The notes under the pieces: model-generated | The model's database searches: none | What the model saw: the letters and a program-made list of their open reading frames with translations, nothing else | Told to the model about the DNA's origin: nothing | Part shown: positions 18,935-25,445 of the stretch, in pieces | Position numbering within the stretch: the first letter of the stretch is position 1 | Layout: each line of letters starts with the position of its first letter | Program-made: the position numbers and the translations under genes | DNA from: Alphaproteobacteria bacterium | GTDB lineage: Bacteria > Pseudomonadota > Alphaproteobacteria > Rs-D84 | Assembly (NCBI GenBank): GCA_017427405.1 | Contig: JAFRSV010000012.1 | Span: 5,103 to 69,102, forward strand | Length of the DNA: 64,000 bases | Direction of reading: 5' to 3'

Positions 18935-20332
18935 TTACTTTCCCAAACATAATTGTGAAAATGTCATGTCCAGTATTTCGGCGGTGCCGATGGTGCCCAG
19001 TATTTTGCCAATTGCGTCTGCCGCGTATCGCACGTGTTCAGATAAAATATCATAGTCGCCATTGAAATCGTTCAATGCCGCAAATAATTCATCGCGCGCG
19101 GTCATCAACAGGTCGTATGTGCGTGCGTTTATCATGACCGTGCTTTCGCCGTTGTTTGTGATTTCTGCGATTCGGTTTCGAATTTCGTGCATAAGTTCCG
19201 ATATGCCCGCACCGGTTTTGGCGGAAACATATATTGCGCCGCGTATGTCGCGTGAATCGATTGTATCAGATTTATTTACAATTAGGATTTCCACTACCCC
19301 GTCGGGTGCTACCCGCCATCCGCCTTCGCGAAACGCTACGGCGCGACTTCGCCCCTTCGCCAGCGAAGGGGAACTAGTGGCATCGATGACATGTAAAACT
19401 ATATCGGCGTTGGCGATTTCGGTGTTGGTGCGTTCAATTCCGATTTTTTCCACGAAATCCACTGTATCGCGCAGGCCGGCCGTATCAGATAAATTTACCA
19501 TGTATCCGTCAATGTCCATTTGTGCGGACACGACATCGCGCGTTGTGCCGGGGATATCGGATACTATGGCGCGCGCAGAACCGACAATGCGATTGAACAG
19601 TGAAGATTTTCCGACATTTGTTTCGCCAACGATTGCGATATTTATTCCGCACATTATTGCACGTGAAACTTTGTAATTGCCCAATACGCCGGAAACCGCC
19701 GTATAGAGCGTTTTTATATGTTCCAAAATTATATCAGAAATGTTTGGTGGTAAATCGTCGGCGTCATAGTCCGTCATTGCGGCAGCGTATGCGGATATTT
19801 CCAGCATTTGGTCACGCCAATTTTCATAAATCGCACCGTCGCCACCCATCATTGAACGCAGTGCCGCCGCGCGCTGCTTATCCGTTTGTGCGTCAAGCAA
19901 CGCAACCAATCCGTCAACATCCGTCAAATCCATTTTGCCATTATAAAACGCGCGCCGCGAAAATTCACCAGGGGTGGCGACACGCATATTATGCCCGCGC
20001 AAAAATTCAAAGATTTTATTTATAACCGCCGGCGCGCCGTGGCATTGAATTTCGATTATATCGGTGCCGGTAAAACTGTGCGGTGCGGCAAAATAGATAA
20101 CGACGCATTGGTCGATTATTTCGCCATTATCATCGCGCAGGTTTGTAAAATATGCGTGTCGGGGTACGATGCCACTACCCCCCGGCGTTCCACGCCGTAC
20201 CCCTTCGCCAGCGAAGGGGAGAACGAGGCGTTGCGCGAATTTTTCTAAATCATTTCCGGATATACGAATCACCGCAACGCCGGATTTCCCATGCCCAGAT
20301 GATAATGCAAAGATTGTGTCGTTGTTATTCAT
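18935..20332 (-). CDS. mnmE: tRNA modification GTPase MnmE, carrying two in-frame repeat insertions
   Basis: GETNVGKSSLFN, DTAGLR, NKSD and a C-terminal CLGK. Repeat-derived segments are PFAGEGVRRGTPGGSG and TSSPSLAKGRSRAVAFREGGWRVAPDGVV. Confidence 0.95.
   Translation of the reverse strand: MNNNDTIFALSSGHGKSGVAVIRISGNDLEKFAQRLVLPFAGEGVRRGTPGGSGIVPRHAYFTNLRDDNGEIIDQCVVIYFAAPHSFTGTDIIEIQCHGAPAVINKIFEFLRGHNMRVATPGEFSRRAFYNGKMDLTDVDGLVALLDAQTDKQRAAALRSMMGGDGAIYENWRDQMLEISAYAAAMTDYDADDLPPNISDIILEHIKTLYTAVSGVLGNYKVSRAIMCGINIAIVGETNVGKSSLFNRIVGSARAIVSDIPGTTRDVVSAQMDIDGYMVNLSDTAGLRDTVDFVEKIGIERTNTEIANADIVLHVIDATSSPSLAKGRSRAVAFREGGWRVAPDGVVEILIVNKSDTIDSRDIRGAIYVSAKTGAGISELMHEIRNRIAEITNNGESTVMINARTYDLLMTARDELFAALNDFNGDYDILSEHVRYAADAIGKILGTIGTAEILDMTFSQLCLGK
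19291..19380. repeat. Family-A long repeat unit (90 nt = 30 codons) inside mnmE
   Basis: ccactacccc...ccccttcgccagcgaagggg aactagtgg, with terminal inverted CCACTA/TAGTGG. Related to 1828..1890, 2021..2080 and 24109..24174. Confidence 0.85.
20172..20224. repeat. Family-A short repeat unit inside mnmE
   Basis: ccactaccccccggcgttccacgccgtaccccttcgccagcgaaggggagaac. Near-identical to 24572..24619 and 27222..27268. Confidence 0.85.
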
Positions 20333-20333
20333 C

Positions 20334-20909
20334 TTACTTGTTTCCGCTTATTTCTTTTAATGCCATCGGGACCAGTTTTGATACCCCCGCGTCCGGATTT
20401 TGTGCAACCAATTTTTGTGCCATTTCGATTATGTCCATACGGCGGTACCCCAATGTTTCCAATGCCGCCAACAAATCGGGCAGGGCGCCCGTGTCGCCGG
20501 ATGTATCAAATGCAAACGATGCGCCACCAACCTTGGACTTTAATTCAACAATGATTTTTTCCGCGACCTTTTTGCCGACACCCGGCGCGGTTGCGATTGT
20601 TTTTGCGTCGCCGGTTGCAATTGCGGTCAGGAGCGTATCGGTCTTTATCGTGCCCATTATCGCCATGGCAACTTTGGGCCCGACACCCGACACACCGTTT
20701 AGCATATTGAATAGATTTTGTGCGGCGGGCGTTCCAAACCCGAACAAACGAATCGAATCTTCGCGTACAACCGTTTCAATCCACAGCGATATGTTCGTCC
20801 CCAATGTCAATGTTTCCGGCGTATATACCTTGTACCCGACGGGGCCCGCCATCAAAATAATGAACCCGTCACCAATATAATCAACAATGCCTTGCAATTT
20901 TCCAATCAT
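20334..20909 (-). CDS. ruvA: Holliday junction helicase subunit RuvA
   Basis: MIGKLQGIV N-terminus, HhH region (GVSGVGPKVA, APGVGKKVAEKI) and a C-terminal domain III. Confidence 0.93.
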   Translation of the reverse strand: MIGKLQGIVDYIGDGFIILMAGPVGYKVYTPETLTLGTNISLWIETVVREDSIRLFGFGTPAAQNLFNMLNGVSGVGPKVAMAIMGTIKTDTLLTAIATGDAKTIATAPGVGKKVAEKIIVELKSKVGGASFAFDTSGDTGALPDLLAALETLGYRRMDIIEMAQKLVAQNPDAGVSKLVPMALKEISGNK

Positions 20910-20960
20910 TTGCTATCCTTTGCCGGTAATTTTAATCTAATTAAATCAAAAGGTCAAATC

Positions 20961-21677
20961 ATGAGCGGACATAGCAAATGGCACAACATTCAACATAAAA
21001 AGGGTCTTGCCGACGCGGCACGCAGTGGATTGTTCACGAAACTTGCGCGCGAAATCACGATGGCGGCGAAATTGGGCGATAAAAATCCGGATAATAACCC
21101 GCGGTTGCGTCTTGCGATTTTACAGGCGCGCAAGAATTCTATGCCGAATGACAATATCAAACGCGCAATTGACAAGGCGTCGGGTGCGAGTACCGAAAAT
21201 TATGTGGCGGTGCGGTACGAAGGTTATGGCCCGGGCGCGGTGCCGATTATAGTAGAGGCGTTGACCGACAACCCGCGGCGCACCGTGCCAGAGGTACGGA
21301 ATATCTTTTCCAAGCATGGTGGCAACATGGGCGAAGAGGGCAGTGTCGCATTTATGTTCACGCGCGTTGGGCAAATTTTCTATCCGGCGTCGATTGGTAA
21401 AACCGAAGATGAAATGATGGAAATTATTATGGACGCGGATGCGGACAATTTGGAAACAACCGACGAAGGTTTTATCATTACAACAAAACCTGATGATTTT
21501 ATGAATGTGCAGAAAAAGATTGCCGATGTTTTGGGTGAACCGGAAAATGCGGAATTGACATGGATTCCGAATATGCCGGTGGACGTGGACGAAGAAGCAT
21601 GGGACAAGGTTGAACGCCTGGTTGATGCGTTGGACGATAATGACGATGTGCAAAAGGTGTTTACCGGCGCGGCGTAA
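20961..21677 (+). CDS. yebC: YebC/PmpR family DNA-binding regulator
   Basis: MSGHSKWHNIQHKKG N-terminus and a conserved body. Confidence 0.95.
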   Translation: MSGHSKWHNIQHKKGLADAARSGLFTKLAREITMAAKLGDKNPDNNPRLRLAILQARKNSMPNDNIKRAIDKASGASTENYVAVRYEGYGPGAVPIIVEALTDNPRRTVPEVRNIFSKHGGNMGEEGSVAFMFTRVGQIFYPASIGKTEDEMMEIIMDADADNLETTDEGFIITTKPDDFMNVQKKIADVLGEPENAELTWIPNMPVDVDEEAWDKVERLVDALDDNDDVQKVFTGAA

Positions 21678-21679
21678 AA
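21649..21679. repeat. Direct repeat copy 1 (the yebC 3' end)
   Basis: 28 of 31 nt identical to 22355..22385. The last 20 nt are identical (tttaccggcgcggcgtaaaa). Confidence 0.9.
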
Positions 21680-22347
21680 TGAGGGTTGAAATTGATGAAT
21701 TAGAAAACGCAAAACGGTGTGCAGAGCAAAATTTGGCACCGTTTGCGCATAAAATTGCAAATAGATTGGCTGTGGACGACGTGTGTATTGTTGGGGGTGC
21801 AGTGCGCGATTCGGTGTTGGCGGCAATAACTGGTAGAAATTTTTATGTCAAAGATTGGGATGTTGTATGTGCAAAGGCACCTGTGATTCACGATAATAAA
21901 AATATCTTGGGGGTTAAAGAAAATTCTTTCGGCGGAACCAAGGTCGAATTGCGTAATGTTGGTGTGGTGGATATTTTTCAATATTATACGAATAATCCAC
22001 AAGTGATTATTGCGAATACTTTCGATTTTAATTGCAACAGTTTGTTTTATCTTGATGGAAAAATTTATGAATCTATGTTCTTTTTGCATTTTATTGAAAC
22101 GGCGGAATTGTTTGTGTGCAATCCGCATAAATATAAGCCGGCGCATATTGTCGCGCGGGCGTTAAAATTTCAGATCGTTTTTAAAGAACAATTTGGAATT
22201 GACGTAAAATTAAACTATAGAATTTTACATGAAATATATTCTTTGACGGATACGGATAAAGATCAAATGTTGGAATATATGCGTCGGCATAATTGGTCTA
22301 TTTACAATAGTGTTTGGCAAAAATTTTTGGATATCCGTGCACATTGA
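21679..22347 (+). CDS. Minimal (222 aa) CCA-adding/poly(A) polymerase-family nucleotidyltransferase head domain
   Basis: IVGGAVRDSVL (GGxVRD), DWDVV (DxD) and NTFDFNCNSLFY (RRDFTIN-like). Visibly AT-rich. The ATG overlaps the yebC stop region. Confidence 0.65.
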   Translation: MRVEIDELENAKRCAEQNLAPFAHKIANRLAVDDVCIVGGAVRDSVLAAITGRNFYVKDWDVVCAKAPVIHDNKNILGVKENSFGGTKVELRNVGVVDIFQYYTNNPQVIIANTFDFNCNSLFYLDGKIYESMFFLHFIETAELFVCNPHKYKPAHIVARALKFQIVFKEQFGIDVKLNYRILHEIYSLTDTDKDQMLEYMRRHNWSIYNSVWQKFLDIRAH

Positions 22348-22354
22348 TAAATTT

Positions 22355-22385
22355 TGCAAAAAATATTTACCGGCGCGGCGTAAAA
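22355..22385. repeat. Direct repeat copy 2 (duplicate of the yebC 3' end)
   Basis: See 21649..21679. The period is 706 nt. Confidence 0.9.
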
Positions 22386-22740
22386 GTGTAAGTGTTAGTG
22401 GCTAGTGTTAGTCCGTCACGACCGCGGTGCGGTCATGCCGCGACGGGTGTGCGGGGCAACGCCCCGCGTTTTTTGCAAAATTCCAGAGACGCGTCACCCC
22501 GCCGAAGGGCGGGGCCCAGGCCGAGCGTAGCGAGGACTTGCTCCGCAGGAGATTTTTCATTGTGAAACAATGAAAAACATAAATGTCTGCGACGCAGGTG
22601 CTCACATACGTTCGCACTGGATCCCGGCCTTCGCCGGGATGACGGCACTCTGGAATTTTTGCACAAGAAACCAGTGTAATGCACTGATTCCACTATCCGC
22701 TTACACCAACACTAAAAAATCGCCGTTTGGCGATTTTTTT
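22386..22740. repeat. Nested composite of palindromic repeats, bounded by inverted stop-rich heads and ending in a bidirectional terminator
   Basis: Head gtgtaagtgttagtggctagtgttag (22386..) against inverted ccactatccgcttacaccaacactaa (22690..22715). An inner unit at 22475..22662 is bounded by inverted GCAAAATTCCAGAG/CTCTGGAATTTTTGC. Includes a family-B unit at 22619..22644 and the hairpin AATCGCC-gttt-GGCGATT with A/T runs at 22714..22740. Confidence 0.8.
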
Positions 22741-22744
22741 ATCC

Positions 22745-22996
22745 TTGCCCCGATTCGCAAATTTTGATAGTATCTAGGTGAACCAAGATGGGAATCTGGT
22801 TCAGGGACGTAGAACATCCCGTGTTTGTGCGGCACAAAAGTGTCGTAATCTGTTTATGGTGCTTTTGTGCCATTTCCCTGGCTGTTATTGGTCGGGGTGC
22901 CACGTAAGTGGGGGTATTCACAAACATGCCTGTTCTAACGCCCTGACCGTCCTGTTTTTGGTGACGGTTTTTTAAAATAAAACAGGGAGTAAACAG
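22745..22996 (+). promoter_or_regulatory. Structured leader copy 1: promoter, uORF, three-strand switch, terminator
   Basis: TTGCCC, 17 nt, TAGTAT (22745..22773). uORF 22788..22907. Strand 1 CCCTGGC 22876..22882, strand 2 GGTCGGGG 22890..22897, strand 3 CCCTGACC 22941..22948. Terminator GACCGTC/GACGGTT plus T-run at 22945..22973. RBS and ATG at 22997. Confidence 0.6.
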
Positions 22997-24028
22997 ATGA
23001 GGAAAATAAATTTATTCAACCGTAATATAAATTCAGCGTCATACCGCGGCAACGGGTCTCGCAAAAATGTGCCGTCATTCCGCGGAAACGTGGAATCTCC
23101 GCGGTATTGTAGAGAATCGGTCTGCGGTAAAACTGACGGGATCCCGGCTTTCGCCGGGATGACGAGAGGAAAGCGCGCTATGATGGCGAAAATATGCGGG
23201 ATGACGATGATTGCGATTACGGCGTTATTTGCCACGCCGTCATTCGCAACGCCAACGGAATTGGACAAGAAAACCGTTGCATCCAAGGCCTATGTCGACA
23301 CGAAACAGGACAAAATCGAAACCGGGTTGGTGGAGTTTAATGGCAACCCAGAACTTATGTTGCCGGCGATTACGACATATGATTCTACAAGTGGTTTGGT
23401 TGGTAATAGAATCGGTATTTTGGACCAGGAAACTGTTGCAAGTGATGAGGGTACTTTACGCATTTATAGCTATGCATATGACTATGGTTCCGAAATGGAC
23501 AATTTTGTTCCAACCGTTCGTGCCGTGGCGGATGCGCTTCAAGACGTTCAATGGTTTCCCTTTTCCTGGAACAATAACGTATTCCCCGCTGCAATCGACG
23601 CATATAGTGTGACTTTTGACCCGACATCAACACATGTAAACGGAAATTGGCCATATAATCAACAAAACTATTTGGTTCGTGCCGACACATTTGCAAATTC
23701 CCTTGCCCTGAAACAAAATAAACTGCCAGAACTAGATACTAACTTAGTGCTTGGGCAAGCTGGTAAAAGTGTACTTGCGCCAACCACGGCTGGCAATGTG
23801 ACACAGGTTGCACTTTGGGATGCCGATGGGGCAGAACCAGACGCATGGGATGTGGGTACATATTTCTCGGATGCTACCGCAGATGAACGTAACGCGATTA
23901 ATTACTCTATTCCAACCGTCGGTGCAGTAGCGGTCGGTCTTAACCAAAAACAAAACAAAATGGTATGCGCCGGTTGGGACAGTGATACGCACACCGATGA
24001 ACATTGTTGGTTGTGGAGTATAGAGTAG
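22997..24028 (+). CDS. Secreted protein paralog 1 (unknown function)
   Basis: Signal-like IAITALFATPSFA. The next ~100 aa are near-identical to the 28949 gene (TELDKKTVASKAYVDTKQDKIETGLVE...). Shared C-terminal C-x(11-12)-CWLW. Residues ~5-60 are encoded by in-frame family-B repeats. An alternative internal start lies at 23180 (MMAKICG, RBS GAGAGGAAAG). Confidence 0.65.
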   Translation: MRKINLFNRNINSASYRGNGSRKNVPSFRGNVESPRYCRESVCGKTDGIPAFAGMTRGKRAMMAKICGMTMIAITALFATPSFATPTELDKKTVASKAYVDTKQDKIETGLVEFNGNPELMLPAITTYDSTSGLVGNRIGILDQETVASDEGTLRIYSYAYDYGSEMDNFVPTVRAVADALQDVQWFPFSWNNNVFPAAIDAYSVTFDPTSTHVNGNWPYNQQNYLVRADTFANSLALKQNKLPELDTNLVLGQAGKSVLAPTTAGNVTQVALWDADGAEPDAWDVGTYFSDATADERNAINYSIPTVGAVAVGLNQKQNKMVCAGWDSDTHTDEHCWLWSIE

Positions 24029-24038
24029 CGTTAATATG

Positions 24039-24062
24039 CGGGCGCGGACGCGCCCGTTTTTT
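24039..24062 (+). terminator. Rho-independent terminator
   Basis: CGGGCGC-ggac-GCGCCCG followed by TTTTTT. Confidence 0.8.
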
Positions 24063-24222
24063 CGTCATTCCGGCGAAAGCCGGAATCCCACTAAGGTTGC
24101 AGAGAAAACACGCCCCGGCGGGTGCTACCTGCCACCCCTCTCTTCGTCGCGCCAAAGGCGCGACAGAGGGGAACTTTGCTCTGCAATAAAACTGACGAGA
24201 TACCGCCTTTTGGCGGTATGAC
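24062..24222. repeat. Repeat cluster: family B, family A, family B
   Basis: tcgtcattccggcgaaagccggaatccc (B). ccccggcgggtgctacctgccacccctctcttcgtcgcgccaaaggcgcgacagaggggaac (A). gacgagataccgccttttggcggtatgacg (B). Confidence 0.8.
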
Positions 24223-24224
24223 GT

Positions 24225-24518
24225 TTACAATTCCCCATACATTGCGTTGAATAATTTTATCAATAATTCTGTGTTTTCGATGTCGGGAAACGACAGCATT
24301 GGTTTGGCGCCGGGGTATGGAATTTCCGGTGTTGCATTCGGGATAATTTTTTGTGCCGCCGTGGTCGGTTTAATTAGCAACCGGTTGTCATAAATTCCGC
24401 CGATGATTTTCCCGCGATAGTAAATAATGTATTCGCCCATCATCGCGCGATATGTTATGTCGGGCAACGCGGATAATTGCGTAAGCACGAAATCTAAAAA
24501 TTCTTTGCTTGATGGCAT
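24225..24518 (-). CDS. TfoX N-terminal domain protein
   Basis: 97 aa. YRAMMGEYIIYYRGKIIGGIYDNRLLIK matches the TfoX_N pattern. The longer ORF to 24575 runs into the ruvC repeat. Confidence 0.65.
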   Translation of the reverse strand: MPSSKEFLDFVLTQLSALPDITYRAMMGEYIIYYRGKIIGGIYDNRLLIKPTTAAQKIIPNATPEIPYPGAKPMLSFPDIENTELLIKLFNAMYGEL

Positions 24519-24574
24519 GCAACCAATATAACAATAATCGAATATAAAAGCAATTTTATAAAACTGTTTTGCCA

Positions 24575-25102
24575 CTACCCCCCGGCGGTTCCGCCGGACC
24601 CCTTCGCCAGCGAAGGGGATAATAGTTCGAATCGGGTTGTGTTGGCGTGGGCCAGGGCGATTGCGATGGCATCGCTTTCGTCCGCGGTTTTGGGGTTTGC
24701 GGCGGGCAATAAAATTCGCACCATTTTATCGACCGCGGTTTTATCCGCATGACCCGCACCGGTTAGAATTTTTTTTACTTTGTTTGGTTCGTATTCGAAC
24801 ACCGGAATTTCACGCACAGACACCGCAACCATTGCCGCCGCGCGCGCATGGCCCAATATCAATGTCGTTGTCGGATTTTTATTCACAAATGTTATTTCCA
24901 TACTGCATTCATCGGGTGAAAATGTTTCGCAAAGTTTTGTGACACCGTTGAATATAATTGCAAGCCGTTCGGGCAGTGCACCGGTTTTCTTGGGCAAGAT
25001 AACACCACTGGCCACATATTTTCTTTCGTTGCCGTTTGTGTCGATGATTGCCCATCCAGTATGTAAAAGCCCCGGGTCGATTCCGAGTATTCGTTTCGTC
25101 AT
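24575..25102 (-). CDS. ruvC: Holliday junction resolvase RuvC, with C-terminal tail and stop codon supplied by a repeat
   Basis: ILGIDPGLLHTGWAII N-terminus and a DESDAIAIALAH catalytic region. The last ~15 codons plus TAG lie in the family-A unit at 24572..24619. Confidence 0.92.
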   Translation of the reverse strand: MTKRILGIDPGLLHTGWAIIDTNGNERKYVASGVILPKKTGALPERLAIIFNGVTKLCETFSPDECSMEITFVNKNPTTTLILGHARAAAMVAVSVREIPVFEYEPNKVKKILTGAGHADKTAVDKMVRILLPAANPKTADESDAIAIALAHANTTRFELLSPSLAKGSGGTAGG

Positions 25103-25106
25103 TTTG

Positions 25107-25445
25107 CTATTTCCTGAAACTTATTTTGCCGACGCAAGACGTGCCAAAGTATTTGTTTATTTTCTTTGTGATTTCCGGAACCATATAAGACAGATTTAAT
25201 GTATACGCCGGATTCCGTGGTCTTAGTGTTATATTATACGTTCCGTCGCGTTGTTTTTTTATCGCACAAATGTCGGCAAGGTTTGAAATTTCCGGACCAA
25301 TTATTTCCGGCCAACGTGCAACAAGGTCGGAATCCGATGCGCGAACACCAAAAATTTTCATCAGCCCCCCAAGCGCGCCCGCAATTGTTTGTGGGCGTTT
25401 TATGCGTTTGGTGAAATCATTTTTATTTTGGTTTGACATAGACAT
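25107..25445 (-). CDS. DUF721/DciA-like protein
   Basis: LVARWPEIIGPEISNLADICAIK...LSYMVPEITKKINKYFG...KISFR matches the DUF721 pattern. Start is at 25445 or 25439. The longer ORF overlaps mltA. Confidence 0.65.
   Translation of the reverse strand: MSMSNQNKNDFTKRIKRPQTIAGALGGLMKIFGVRASDSDLVARWPEIIGPEISNLADICAIKKQRDGTYNITLRPRNPAYTLNLSYMVPEITKKINKYFGTSCVGKISFRK

Noticed and set aside
20152-20880. 242-aa plus-strand ORF, with similar ORFs at 19062..19676 and 19600..20025
   Set aside because: They are antisense to mnmE and ruvA and are partly encoded by repeat units that lack stops in several frames.
22408-22767. Several 60-90 aa ORFs on both strands, with similar ORFs at 23940..24221, 26977..27504, 28418..28903 and 29888..30076
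   Set aside because: All lie in repeat clusters. The recurring peptides such as IPAFAGMT, VIPAKAGIP and PPGVPRRTP are translations of the palindromes, not conserved proteins.
22770-22975. Possible cobalamin riboswitch, two-piece tmRNA or SRP RNA in leader copy 1
   Set aside because: The gggaatctggt stretch superficially resembles the cobalamin GGGAA..GGTG core, but I could find no B12 box and no GCCACTG element. No tmRNA acceptor or tag features and no SRP domain IV motif are present. The region aligns architecturally with the other two leaders instead.
24605-24635. gttcgaatc string resembling a tRNA T-arm
   Set aside because: No acceptor, D or anticodon arms can be drawn around it. It lies inside ruvC next to a repeat unit.
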